The notes under the pieces: generated by a model | What the model was told of the DNA's origin: nothing | Seen by the model: the letters and a program-made list of their open reading frames with translations, nothing else | The model's database searches: none | Source: Chitinophagales bacterium | Lineage (GTDB): Bacteria > Bacteroidota > Bacteroidia > Chitinophagales > Chitinophagaceae | DNA: 64,000 bases | Direction of reading: 5' to 3' | NCBI GenBank assembly: GCA_038245055.1 | Contig: JBBRSV010000009.1 | Span: forward strand, 911-64,910 | Made by a program: the position numbers and the translations under genes | Shown here: positions 20,277 through 30,725 of the stretch, one piece after another | How positions within the stretch are numbered: position 1 is the first letter of the stretch | Layout: each line of letters begins with the position of its first letter

Positions 20277-22712
20277 ATGATAAAAAATTATTTTAAAATA
20301 GCGTGGCGAAACCTGGCAAAATATAAATTCATTTCATTTATAAATTTATTCGGACTAGCGGTTGGGCTTACCTGCTGTTTGCTCATCACTACTTATATTT
20401 TGAATGAGTTGAGTTATGATAAGTTTAATAAAAACGCAGAAAATATATACCGCGTCACGCGAACCTTTAATGACAAAAATGGTGTTGTGTCACTCACACT
20501 AAGCACCGTTGCGCCACCTTTTGGTTATTATTTCCCCACAGATTTTCCGGAGATAAAAAATATGACCCGGCTTCTTAGCAACGGCATCACACCGCTTAAA
20601 TACAAAGACAAACTTATTAATGAACCAGATGCATATTTTGCAGATGAAAATTTCTTTAATGTTTTCACACTCCAGGTAACTGAAGGAGATCCGAAGACCG
20701 CATTGAAAGATCCTTTTTCAATAATGATGACTGAGGAGACCGCGAAAAAATACTTTGGTAATGAAGATCCAATGAACAAAGTGGTCAAAGTCAATAATCA
20801 ATTTGATGCGAAAGTTACTGGTATCTATAAAAGCTTCCCTGAAAATGCGCACATGCATCCTGGTTTCCTGATATCATTTAACACGTTGAAAGATTCGGCA
20901 GTTTATGGTGCAGAAAATCTGCGAATCAACTGGGGCAACAATTCTTTCTTTACTTACATCGTTCTTCCAAAAAATTATAATGCAAAGAATATGGTCGCAC
21001 AGTTTCCGGCATTTTTGGACCGGCGCATGGACCATAAAGATTATGGCGGCGACTTACCATCGAAATACAATAAACTGAGTTTACAAAAACTAACCGATAT
21101 CCATCTTTATTCCCATACCGATTATGAGGCAGAAGCCAACGGCGATATTAGCAGGGTGTATATTTTTTCTGCTATAGCACTATTTATTTTATTAATCGCC
21201 TGTATCAATTATATGAATTTATCGTCTGCGCGTTCGGCATTGCGTGCTAAAGAAATAGGTATACGCAAAGTTGTTGGCGCCCGTAAAAGGGAATTAATAT
21301 TTCAATTTCTTAGCGAGTCGGTATTAATTACCTGGGCTGCAATTCTTATTGCATTTGTTTGTTTGTATTTTACGTTGCCCTGGCTGAATGCAATTTCAGA
21401 CCAGCATCTTTCTCTTTCAATTTTAATGCGCTGGCAGGTGTTGCTTCCTGTATTCCTGGCACCATTCGTAATAGGCATTTTATCCGGATTATATCCGGCG
21501 TTATTTATGTCTTCATTTCGACCAGTGGAAACATTAAAAGGATTATTTAAGGTTAAAGGCAATAGTATTTCTTTTAGAAAAATACTTGTGGTGGCACAGT
21601 TTGCTATTTCTATCGTGCTCATTATTACAACGATTATTGTTTTTCAGCAGTTGCGCTTCATGCAGGAAACGTCGCTTGGCTATGATAAAGAACATATCAT
21701 TAACGTGCCTTATTATAATTCTCTCAACAACCAGTATGAAACATTCAGGCATGAATTGATGGAGAATCCGGGGGTTAAAGATGTTGCCCGATCTTCAAGG
21801 ATTCCTACCGGAAGGCTTTTAGATGATATGGGCGCATCTACGATGGTTGGTGATTCTATGACACCAATAATTGCAACTATAAAAAATTTAGCAACCGACT
21901 ATGATTTTATTCCGACTTATAGCATACCCATTGTGGCCGGAAGAAATTTCTCGCGCAATTACACAACAGATACTTCCAACTTTGTTTTAAATGAATCCGC
22001 CGTTAAAGCTATAGGCTGGAAAACTCCGCAAGATGCCATCGGCAGAGCATTTAAATATGGATCAACCACTGGCCGGGTTGTTGGAGTGATAAAGGATTTT
22101 CATTTTGAATCGCTTCGGCAAAAAATCGTTCCAATGATTTTAATTGACCCTGCAACAACGCCAACGCAATCTTCCTTTAATGGCCTGTCAATTAAGTTGA
22201 GCGGTGCAAATCTTGCCTCCTCCTTAGCTTCAGTGGAAAAAATATACAAAAAATACCTACCAGATATTCCTTATCAATATTCTTTTATTGATGATAAATA
22301 TGCAAAACTCTACGAAGCGGAACAACGCCAGGGAACCATTTTTACCGTGTTTGCATGCATAGCAATTTTTATCGCCTGCCTAGGCCTTTTCGGATTGAGC
22401 GCATTTGCTATTACACAACGGGTTAAGGAGATTGGTGTGAGAAAAGTATTGGGTGCAAAAGTTGGCTCAATCGTTGGCCTGCTATCCAAAGACTTTATAA
22501 AATTGGTTCTTATCGCTTCTATTATTGCGTTCCCTGTTGCGTGGTATGCTATGTCGCATTGGCTGCAGGATTTTGCTTATCGTGTAAATATTCATTGGTG
22601 GGTCTTTATATTGTCAGCGATACTTGCAATGATTGTTGCGCTGGCGACCGTTAGTTTCCAGGCAATAAAAGCAGCAATTGCAAACCCGGTTAAGAGCCTG
22701 CGCAGTGAATAA
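20277..22712 (+). CDS. ABC transporter permease, MacB/FtsX family (duplicated MacB_PCD + FtsX)
   Basis: MIKNYFKIAWRNL start, ACINYMNLSSAR..KEIGIRKVVGA, QRVKEIGVRKVLGA, ANPVKSLRSE end. Confidence 0.93.
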   Translation: MIKNYFKIAWRNLAKYKFISFINLFGLAVGLTCCLLITTYILNELSYDKFNKNAENIYRVTRTFNDKNGVVSLTLSTVAPPFGYYFPTDFPEIKNMTRLLSNGITPLKYKDKLINEPDAYFADENFFNVFTLQVTEGDPKTALKDPFSIMMTEETAKKYFGNEDPMNKVVKVNNQFDAKVTGIYKSFPENAHMHPGFLISFNTLKDSAVYGAENLRINWGNNSFFTYIVLPKNYNAKNMVAQFPAFLDRRMDHKDYGGDLPSKYNKLSLQKLTDIHLYSHTDYEAEANGDISRVYIFSAIALFILLIACINYMNLSSARSALRAKEIGIRKVVGARKRELIFQFLSESVLITWAAILIAFVCLYFTLPWLNAISDQHLSLSILMRWQVLLPVFLAPFVIGILSGLYPALFMSSFRPVETLKGLFKVKGNSISFRKILVVAQFAISIVLIITTIIVFQQLRFMQETSLGYDKEHIINVPYYNSLNNQYETFRHELMENPGVKDVARSSRIPTGRLLDDMGASTMVGDSMTPIIATIKNLATDYDFIPTYSIPIVAGRNFSRNYTTDTSNFVLNESAVKAIGWKTPQDAIGRAFKYGSTTGRVVGVIKDFHFESLRQKIVPMILIDPATTPTQSSFNGLSIKLSGANLASSLASVEKIYKKYLPDIPYQYSFIDDKYAKLYEAEQRQGTIFTVFACIAIFIACLGLFGLSAFAITQRVKEIGVRKVLGAKVGSIVGLLSKDFIKLVLIASIIAFPVAWYAMSHWLQDFAYRVNIHWWVFILSAILAMIVALATVSFQAIKAAIANPVKSLRSE

Positions 22713-22750
22713 TCATGTGTAAACAACTTTTTTAAAATATAATTAAGCAA

Positions 22751-25171
22751 GTGATAAAAAATTATTTTAAAATAGCATTTAGAAATCTCTGGAGAAACAA
22801 AGCGTTTACAGCAATCAATATTTTTGGCCTCGCCATTGGTATTGCCACTTGCCTCGTCATCATGCTTTTTGTTCAAAATGAATTAAGCTACGATCGTTTT
22901 AATAAGAAGGCAGATCAAATGGTGCGTGTTGTTTTTCGTGGCTCTATTGATGGGCAGAAAATGAAAGAAGCCAATGTGATGCCGCCGGTTGCGAAAACAT
23001 TCCTGGATAATTATCCTGAGGTAAAACAAGCTACGCGCTTGATGGAAGGTGGATCGCAGATAATTCTTTCAGGCGATAAAAGCTTTAAGGAAGAGGCCTT
23101 TGCCTATGTTGATCCTAATTTCTTCCGGGTTTTTACTTTGCCGTTAATAAAAGGAGATGCGGCAACAGCTTTATTGCAACCAAATACAATTGTGATCACT
23201 GAAAAAACCGCACAGAAATATTTCGGACAGGCGGATCCGTTAGGAAAGCTGCTGACTTTTAAAAATGGAACTACTCACTTCAAGGTTACCGGCGTTATCG
23301 ACAAAGTGCCACCCAATTCTCATTTCCATTTTGATTTTTTTGCCACCATGCAAAACGTTGAAGATGCCAAATCCAATTCGTTCATGACTTCAGGATTTTA
23401 TACTTACCTGGTACTGGATAAAGATGGTGATTATAAAAAGCTGCAGGCGAAATTACCCGCCTTTGTAAATAAATATTTAGGTCCGCAGTTGGAGCATGCC
23501 ATGGGCGTAACGATGGCCGAGCTACGGCAAAAAGGAAACGACCTCGGGTTATATCTTCAGCCGCTTACTGATATTCATTTGCATTCCGACCTTACCAACG
23601 ACATAGAAGCAGGAGGCGATATCAGGTACGTTTATATTTTCAGCGCCATCGCATTATTCATGTTACTAATTGCGTGCATAAATTTCATGAATCTATCAAC
23701 TGCGGGTGCATCTAAAAGAGCCAGGGAAGTGGGCATTCGCAAAGTATTGGGCTCGTTAAAAATGGAACTGGTGTGGCAGTTTTTAATTGAATCGATATTA
23801 CTTACAATGATTGGCCTTTTACTGGCAATTGTTTTAGTAAGTGTCACTCTACCTTTCTTCAATCATTTTTCAGGCAAAGACCTTTCGTTACATTTGGTTG
23901 ATAATGCGTGGACCATTCCTTTCCTTTTGTTGCTGGTAATTATAACGGGTATTCTTGCCGGAAGCTATCCGGCTTTCTTCCTTTCCTCCTTTAAGCCGGT
24001 GATGGTGCTTAAAGGAAAATTTTCTGCGGGCAAAAGAACGATGGGATTGCGGAGTGGCCTGGTGGTTTTTCAATTCTTTATTTCTATTGTCCTTATCGCG
24101 GTCACAACCATAGTTTACACGCAACTTGCTTTTATTCAAAAAGTAAAATTAGGTTATGATAAAAACCAGGTGATCATCTTGCCGGAAACCTGGCTGCTTG
24201 GTAAAAATCAGGAAGCATTTTATAACAAAATTCTACAGGATCCAAGAGTAGAAAATGCAAGTGTTTCAGGCTATGTTCCGGCAGGATCAACCTATGGTAA
24301 CAATTTTTTTGTTTACAAGCAAAATAATTATGCCGATATGGTGAAGACGTTGCGGTATGATGTGGATTACAATTACCTAGCCACATTGGGCATGAAAATG
24401 AGCTATGGCCGTAACTTTTCAAAAGATTTTGCAACAGACTCTTCAGCAATCATCCTTAATGAAACTGCGGCAAAAGCATTGGGCTGGAATAAAAACGCGA
24501 TCGATAAAATTATTTCAACAAAAGATAACGGTGGAAAAGAAACAAGGTTTCATGTAATTGGTGTTGTTAAGGATTTTCATTTTAAATCAATGCATGAACT
24601 TATTTCACCGCTGGTGATGTTGTTGGGTAATGGAGCAGGCACGATGATCGTAAAGTTAAAGACCAAAGACATTGCAGGCGTGCTTGCAACCATGAAAAAG
24701 GACTGGGCCTCTTTATCTCCCGGTGGCGCTATGAGCTATTCATTTCTTGATGACAGAGTTCAGCAAACTTATGAAGCTGAAAACAAAACAGGTGTGCTGC
24801 TGGCCATTTTTGCTTCGCTTACTATTTTTATTGCCTGCCTTGGTTTATTCGGCCTTGTAACATTTACTGCTGAGCAACGTACTAAGGAGATCGGGATAAG
24901 AAAAGTGTTGGGTGCAAGTGTGGGTGGCATTGTGAAATTGCTGTCAAAAGAATTTTTAAAACTGGTTTTAATTGCCATTATTATTGCGACACCGGTTGCA
25001 TGGTTGGCCATGAACAATTGGCTGCAGGATTTTGCGTACCGCATAAATATCAGTTGGTGGATGTTTGGCATTGCAGGTTTAGTGGCTGTTCTCATTGCGT
25101 TATTTACGGTAAGCTTTAAGGCTATAAAGGCCGCCATTGCTAATCCTGTAAAAAGCTTAAGAACCGAATAA
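22751..25171 (+). CDS. ABC transporter permease, MacB/FtsX family (tandem paralog)
   Basis: Same architecture; GTG start; ACINFMNLSTA..REVGIRKVLGS; ANPVKSLRTE end. Confidence 0.93.
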   Translation: MIKNYFKIAFRNLWRNKAFTAINIFGLAIGIATCLVIMLFVQNELSYDRFNKKADQMVRVVFRGSIDGQKMKEANVMPPVAKTFLDNYPEVKQATRLMEGGSQIILSGDKSFKEEAFAYVDPNFFRVFTLPLIKGDAATALLQPNTIVITEKTAQKYFGQADPLGKLLTFKNGTTHFKVTGVIDKVPPNSHFHFDFFATMQNVEDAKSNSFMTSGFYTYLVLDKDGDYKKLQAKLPAFVNKYLGPQLEHAMGVTMAELRQKGNDLGLYLQPLTDIHLHSDLTNDIEAGGDIRYVYIFSAIALFMLLIACINFMNLSTAGASKRAREVGIRKVLGSLKMELVWQFLIESILLTMIGLLLAIVLVSVTLPFFNHFSGKDLSLHLVDNAWTIPFLLLLVIITGILAGSYPAFFLSSFKPVMVLKGKFSAGKRTMGLRSGLVVFQFFISIVLIAVTTIVYTQLAFIQKVKLGYDKNQVIILPETWLLGKNQEAFYNKILQDPRVENASVSGYVPAGSTYGNNFFVYKQNNYADMVKTLRYDVDYNYLATLGMKMSYGRNFSKDFATDSSAIILNETAAKALGWNKNAIDKIISTKDNGGKETRFHVIGVVKDFHFKSMHELISPLVMLLGNGAGTMIVKLKTKDIAGVLATMKKDWASLSPGGAMSYSFLDDRVQQTYEAENKTGVLLAIFASLTIFIACLGLFGLVTFTAEQRTKEIGIRKVLGASVGGIVKLLSKEFLKLVLIAIIIATPVAWLAMNNWLQDFAYRINISWWMFGIAGLVAVLIALFTVSFKAIKAAIANPVKSLRTE

Positions 25172-25228
25172 CGTTGAATTGATGTACTGTTCTTTATAAC
25201 AACATTAAAAAACAAAATAAAAAATAAA

Positions 25229-26272
25229 ATGAAAAAGTATCTATTGGCTTTATTCCTGGCGACTTCTTTCCTCGCGGTAAAGGCGCAAGGCGATTCAAAT
25301 AAGCAGCCTTATGAAGTACAGAATTTCTCCGGGGAAACAATCAAAAATATTGTTTCACAAACGAGTGGTGGCAATATTATCGTGTCGGCGGTGAACCAAT
25401 CTGAATCAAGGGTAGAAGTTTTTGTAAACCAAAATGGCAACCGTCGCAATTCACTTTCCAACGATGAAATTAAAACAAGGCTTGATGCAGATTACGATCT
25501 GGACGTTTCCGTAAAAAACGGGGAACTAACGGCAACGGCTAAGCCAAAACATAGAATGAATAACTGGAAAAATTCCCTGAGTATTTCCTTTAAAATTTTT
25601 GTGCCTGAAAATGTATCTACAAAATTATTAACCAGCGGAGGAAACATTGTGCTTACGGGTATTTCAGGAAACCAGGATTTTTCTACAAGCGGCGGAAATC
25701 TTGACCTGGACAGGTTATCTGGAAAAATAAAAGGGCGCACTTCGGGCGGAAATATTTCAATCAATAATTGCAAAGATGAATTGAATGTGAGCACAAGCGG
25801 CGGAAATATTCACGCTCAAAATTCTTCCGGCAATATTGACGTTGCTACGTCCGGAGGTTCTATCGAATTAAATGATCTCAATGGAAAAGTGAAAGCATCA
25901 ACCAGCGGCGGAAACATTGAAGGTGAAACAATAGCAGGGGACCTTGCAGCGCATACTTCAGGAGGAAATGTTTCCTTAAAAAAATTGGACTGCAGCCTTA
26001 AAACCTCTACAAGTGGCGGCAATATTGATGTTGCAATTAATACTCCCGGCAAATTTATTTCTATAAACAATTCCGTCGGTAAGGTCAGCCTGCGAATTCC
26101 AAAAAAGGCGGCCATGGATCTCAAAATGAACGCCATGAAAATTTCAACTGAGAACCTTGAAAACTTTGTTGGCAAAAATGAAAAGGATGAAATAAGCGGA
26201 ACAGTGAATGGCGGTGGCATACCGGTAACTGTTGAGGCGGGCAGCGGCAGGATTGACTTAATTCTTGATTGA
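25229..26272 (+). CDS. DUF4097-type beta-strand repeat protein (secreted)
   Basis: Signal peptide; many (T/S)SGG(N/S)(I/L/V) repeats. Confidence 0.85.
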   Translation: MKKYLLALFLATSFLAVKAQGDSNKQPYEVQNFSGETIKNIVSQTSGGNIIVSAVNQSESRVEVFVNQNGNRRNSLSNDEIKTRLDADYDLDVSVKNGELTATAKPKHRMNNWKNSLSISFKIFVPENVSTKLLTSGGNIVLTGISGNQDFSTSGGNLDLDRLSGKIKGRTSGGNISINNCKDELNVSTSGGNIHAQNSSGNIDVATSGGSIELNDLNGKVKASTSGGNIEGETIAGDLAAHTSGGNVSLKKLDCSLKTSTSGGNIDVAINTPGKFISINNSVGKVSLRIPKKAAMDLKMNAMKISTENLENFVGKNEKDEISGTVNGGGIPVTVEAGSGRIDLILD

Positions 26273-26430
26273 TTGTTGGATGGAAGCTGTTCCTGAATGT
26301 AAATTCAACTTGCACTAATAAAGAATGAATAGCCTGAACTATGTTCCCGTCGGTAATTAAAACAGATAACATGAAACCGAAAAAAATATGGAATAAAGTG
26401 GGGAAAGGTATCTAAAATGAAATTGAAAAA

Positions 26431-26622
26431 TTGGTAAAAAGCAACAAGCTATATTCAGATCCCTGGCGCAATAATTCTTTCCAGGCATTTGTTCAATTAG
26501 CAGATAATGCGGGTATGCAAAAGGTTTCAGCAAAAATAAAAGATGCGAAGATGGAGAATGTGACACCGGCAGATGTCGCATTTAAACCAATGATACAAAA
26601 TCACAGAATAATTATTGCTTAA
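26431..26622 (+). pseudogene. Internal fragment of a third MacB/FtsX permease
   Basis: WRNNSFQAFVQLADNAGMQKVSAKIKD aligns by eye with WGNNSFFTYIVLPKNYNAKNMVAQF of the 20277 permease; no N- or C-terminus. Confidence 0.7.
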
Positions 26623-27045
26623 TATTTTTTAAAAAATTTATTTTCAAGCCATCCAAGGAAATCAAAATATTTTCCAAGTTGCATTTCATATTTGTTTTTC
26701 CTAATGACTTTTATGGTAGGCAGTAATTTTTTCCACAGTATCTCATTTTTTCTTACACTATTTTTATTTGGATGAATTTTGACTGTTTTGAAGATAACTC
26801 CTTCAGTTTTTAAAAATTTTATTTTATTCTGAATAGCACGTTTGTACGACCTAATCTCATAATCGAGATATTCCAGGTCGTTGCTTTGGTAATGAATAAT
26901 AATGCTCAGTAGCCTTGATGCCTTGTAAACCAGGGATCGATAATTTATTTTGTTTACCGGCCTGTTTGTTAGTAGAAAGCTTGAATTTACGTTTTTCTTC
27001 TTTCGACATTGAATCTATCAATTTTATTGCAGAAATTTGTGACAT
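26619..27045 (-). pseudogene. Internally deleted, frame-broken remnant of a Bacteroidota helical hypothetical protein
   Basis: N-terminal MSQISAIKLIDSMSKEEKRKFKL from ATG 27045, then a second frame open for about 105 codons (YRSLVYKASRLLSIIIHYQSNDLEYLDYEIRSYKR...YFDFLGWLENKFFKKY*) ending at 26619; junction near 26945. Confidence 0.65.
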
Positions 27046-27247
27046 AATAGTAGCGCTATTTGAGACGAAAGATAAGTACATCATATTTTATCTATTAGTA
27101 AGCTAATAATCAATGTCATGAATATAATAACAGATTCTCTTGTGGATGATTGAGATTCTATTTTTATCTTAAAGTTGGCCTCTTTTTAAAAATTACAATA
27201 AATATATTCGTATCACAAATTAAGAGCAGAATATATATAATAACATT

Positions 27248-28177
27248 ATGAAATCAAAAAAAATTGTTGTAGTTGGAAGCACAAATATGGACATGGTAGT
27301 AAAAACCAATCATATACCTGTACCTGGAGAAACAGTATTATCGGGATCTTTCTTCATGAATCCGGGTGGCAAAGGCGCCAATCAGGCAGTAACAGTTGCA
27401 AGGCTTGGTGGTAATATAAGTTTTATTTCAAAGGTAGGGAATGATATTTTCGGAAAACAATCAGCGCAATTATTTGATGAAGAGGGGATTAATACATCGT
27501 ATCTTTTATCTGATGAAGAGCTTCCGTCCGGCGTAGCTTTGATTACCGTGGATCAATTGGGAGAGAACAGCATAGTGGTTGCTTCCGGGGCTAATGCTAA
27601 TCTTCTGCCTTCTGATTTAAAAGAAGCGTTAAATGAAATAGCAAGTGCTGATATTGTATTAATGCAATTAGAGTTGCCAATGGAGACAATACAGTTTGTA
27701 GCTAAATATGCAGCAGACAGGAACGTAAGGGTCATTTTGGATCCTGCCCCGGCAAGTGAGTTATCCCCTGAATTATTAAAATATATTGATATTATTACAC
27801 CTAATCAGACTGAGGCCTCGATGTTATCCGGGATAGAAGTAATTAGTACAGAAAATGCTGAGAAGGCTGCAAAAGCTATCTCTGGAAAAGGAGTAAAAAA
27901 TGTTATTGTTACTATGGGTACATCAGGCGCGATAATTTATGAGGGTGGTAAAATACATCATATTCTAGCTCCAAAAGTTGAGGCTTTAGACACTACAGCT
28001 GCTGGTGATGTGTTTAATGGGGCGTTGGCTATTGCATTATCCGAAGATAAAACACTAGTGGATGCAGTAAAGTTTGCCTGTATGGTAGCTGCCATTTCTG
28101 TAACTAAAATGGGCGCTCAATCATCAATCCCGTATAGGAATGAGATTAATCACACTTACAATGTAGATAATCTTTAA
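27248..28177 (+). CDS. rbsK: Ribokinase (PfkB family)
   Basis: VVGSTNMD, PGGKGANQAV, VASGANA, ITPNQTEA, DTTAAGDVFNGAL. Confidence 0.94.
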   Translation: MKSKKIVVVGSTNMDMVVKTNHIPVPGETVLSGSFFMNPGGKGANQAVTVARLGGNISFISKVGNDIFGKQSAQLFDEEGINTSYLLSDEELPSGVALITVDQLGENSIVVASGANANLLPSDLKEALNEIASADIVLMQLELPMETIQFVAKYAADRNVRVILDPAPASELSPELLKYIDIITPNQTEASMLSGIEVISTENAEKAAKAISGKGVKNVIVTMGTSGAIIYEGGKIHHILAPKVEALDTTAAGDVFNGALAIALSEDKTLVDAVKFACMVAAISVTKMGAQSSIPYRNEINHTYNVDNL

Positions 28178-28211
28178 ACAATAAAATATTATAAAACTTA
28201 AACCCTATATT

Positions 28212-28400
28212 ATGAAATCAAAACTAACGTGGAGTTTAGCAAACATTTCTTTTTGTCTTTTACCGTTCCTTCCCTTTCAATTGCTTGCCTTTAATAAAAT
28301 CTTTGTTAAGGACAATTTAAATAAGAATCTACAAAAAGTACCAAAGAGGGCCATGTCTAATATTACACAGGCAGCACGAGGAAAAGTCCCGGTTGACTAA
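28212..28400 (+). CDS. Short hypothetical ORF with signal-like N-terminus (possibly a remnant)
   Basis: 62 aa, co-directional between rbsK and the FGE-fold gene; MKSK followed by a hydrophobic stretch. Confidence 0.3.
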   Translation: MKSKLTWSLANISFCLLPFLPFQLLAFNKIFVKDNLNKNLQKVPKRAMSNITQAARGKVPVD

Positions 28401-28473
28401 CCGTCTTTAAAGCAAAATCCTGGCTGGTAAATCTAAAATAATTGAATATTTATTAATAATAAGATATTTAACG

Positions 28474-30645
28474 ATGAAGTTAGCAAAAATAATTGCCCAC
28501 CTTGCTCTGGTAATTCTTATTCTATTTTCAAAAAATATATATGCACAGCAACCCGTAAAACTTTATGAACAGCAACAGCCAAAAATACAGGGGGATGTGA
28601 AAGAATTATTTGCCGGGCCGTCCAGTTCTTCGGACCATGATGAATGGTTGGCAGAAATGAAGAATTGGAGAGTAAACAAATGGGAAAATCTGAATTATAA
28701 AGGCTTGGAATATTTACTTCCTAAACTGGGGTGGCTAAAGAAAACCTTTATTTATGCCCAGATGATGGCGCACGATCGCTATTTCTATGATCCTGTTTCC
28801 GGGAAATATACAGTAGACAAATATTTGGCTGATCTTAAAAAACGCTACGGAGGTATTGATGCTGTTCTTATATGGCCTACTTATCCGAATATGGGCATAG
28901 ATAATCGTAATCAATATGATCTGTTACATGATATGCCCGGTGGCATAGGCGCTGTTAAGCAAATGATCATAGACTTCAAAAGGCGTGGTGTTAGGGTGTT
29001 TTTTCCTATCATGATTTGGGATCATGGCACGAGAAAAATTACAAGGACTATGCCGGTAGCATTGGTAAAGGAGATGAAAGAAATAGGTGCTGATGGTATG
29101 AATGGAGATACAATGAATGGGGTAACGGAAGACTTTAAAGATGCTTCTGACAGTCTTGATTATCCGCTGGTATTTCAACCGGAAATAGCCATAGAAGATT
29201 TAAAGATGGTAGAATGGAATACCTCAAGTTGGGGATACTATTTTAATTACGCCTTCTCACCGGGCATAAGCATTTATAAGTGGCTGGAACCGCGTCACCA
29301 GGTGTTCGTAACCAACCGTTGGGTGACTGACAGGACTGATGATTTGCAATATGCATTTTTTAATGGGGTAGGTTACAATGCGTGGGAAAACATTTGGGGT
29401 ATCTGGAACCGGGTATCTGATCGCAACGCAGAAGCTATTCGCAAAATAGCAAAAATATATCGTGAATTTCCCGGTGTCTGGAACAGCAGTGAATGGGAGC
29501 CACACTTCCCCACTTTGCAAAAAGGAATTTTCGCATCTAAGTTCCCATGTCTTGACAAAATAATTTATACTATTGTAAATCGTGATAGCATAGATCACAC
29601 CGGCAGGCAATTACTACTACCTTACCAGGAAAATATGTTATATTATGATATATGGAACGGTAAAGCTTTAACTCCCCAAAAAGAAAATGATAGTATTTAT
29701 CTGACTTTCCCAATAGAGGGGCGCAGCTTCGGAGCCGTCCTATCTATCAAATCTTATATGTCGGATAGTTCTGTTAACCAGTTTCTGAATAAGATGAATA
29801 CACTAGCTAAGAGACCATTAAAAAAAATTTCCACGGGCTGGAAGCCTTTATCCCAACAACTAGTTCCCATCAAAAGAACAAATTTAACTAGTAAGGCACC
29901 GAAAGAAATGATATTAATTCCTACTATCAAGAATTATGTTTTTGAGTCAAATGGTGTAATGATAGAAGGCGATCTACTTCCTACAGAAGTTGGTATTCAA
30001 CATCCATGGGAAAATCATCCATCCCGGTCTCAAAAGCACAGTATGGAAATATCATCTTTCTATATGGATGAGTATCCAGTAACAAATCAGCAATTTAAAA
30101 GATTTATAGATGCTACGAATTATCATCCTAAGGATGATCACAATTTCCTGAAAGATTGGAAGAATAACGCCTACCCCCGAGGGTGGAATAACAAACCAGT
30201 TACATGGGTGTCAATTGAAGATGCTCGTGCCTATGCTACATGGGCTGGAAAAAGATTGCCCCACGAGTGGGAATGGCAATATGCTGCGCAAGGGAACGAT
30301 CAACGTCTTTATCCATGGGGAAATGAAATGGATTTTGCCAAAATGCCCCCGCTCGATTCTGGCCGAACGATGCGTCCACCTACTAATGTTAATGCCTTTA
30401 CAAAAGGTGCAAGTATTTTTGGTGTAATGGATATGGTTGGGAATGTATGGCAATGGACCGATGAATATGTAGATGAGCATACTCGGGCAGGTGTATTAAA
30501 AGGAGGGGGTTATTATCGTGCGGTAACCTCGCACTGGTATTTCCCAAATGCTTATGAATTAAATAAGTATGGGAAATACCTTTTGATGGCACCCAGTTTA
30601 GACCGGTCTGGCACAATAGGTTTTCGTTGTGTAAAAGATAAATAA
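28474..30645 (+). CDS. Secreted fusion protein: uncharacterised N-terminal (GH-like) domain + C-terminal FGE-sulfatase/SUMF1-fold domain
   Basis: C-terminal FYMDEYPVTNQQF, PVTWVS, KRLPHEWEWQYAA, DMVGNVWQW, GFRCV; N-terminal GGIDAVLIWPTYPNMG and DGMNGDT; signal peptide. Confidence 0.85.
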   Translation: MKLAKIIAHLALVILILFSKNIYAQQPVKLYEQQQPKIQGDVKELFAGPSSSSDHDEWLAEMKNWRVNKWENLNYKGLEYLLPKLGWLKKTFIYAQMMAHDRYFYDPVSGKYTVDKYLADLKKRYGGIDAVLIWPTYPNMGIDNRNQYDLLHDMPGGIGAVKQMIIDFKRRGVRVFFPIMIWDHGTRKITRTMPVALVKEMKEIGADGMNGDTMNGVTEDFKDASDSLDYPLVFQPEIAIEDLKMVEWNTSSWGYYFNYAFSPGISIYKWLEPRHQVFVTNRWVTDRTDDLQYAFFNGVGYNAWENIWGIWNRVSDRNAEAIRKIAKIYREFPGVWNSSEWEPHFPTLQKGIFASKFPCLDKIIYTIVNRDSIDHTGRQLLLPYQENMLYYDIWNGKALTPQKENDSIYLTFPIEGRSFGAVLSIKSYMSDSSVNQFLNKMNTLAKRPLKKISTGWKPLSQQLVPIKRTNLTSKAPKEMILIPTIKNYVFESNGVMIEGDLLPTEVGIQHPWENHPSRSQKHSMEISSFYMDEYPVTNQQFKRFIDATNYHPKDDHNFLKDWKNNAYPRGWNNKPVTWVSIEDARAYATWAGKRLPHEWEWQYAAQGNDQRLYPWGNEMDFAKMPPLDSGRTMRPPTNVNAFTKGASIFGVMDMVGNVWQWTDEYVDEHTRAGVLKGGGYYRAVTSHWYFPNAYELNKYGKYLLMAPSLDRSGTIGFRCVKDK

Positions 30646-30725
30646 TTTTTAAAGACCTTGTTTGTTTATTCTTTGAATTAGCATTATACCAGATAAAAAT
30701 CTTATAGCCACCAAAATTAAGACTT

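Noticed and set aside
25620-26020. Recurring ACAAGCGGCGGAAA-like DNA repeats (CRISPR-like)
   Set aside because: They encode the TSGGN beta-repeats of the DUF4097 protein; degenerate at third positions, with no spacer structure
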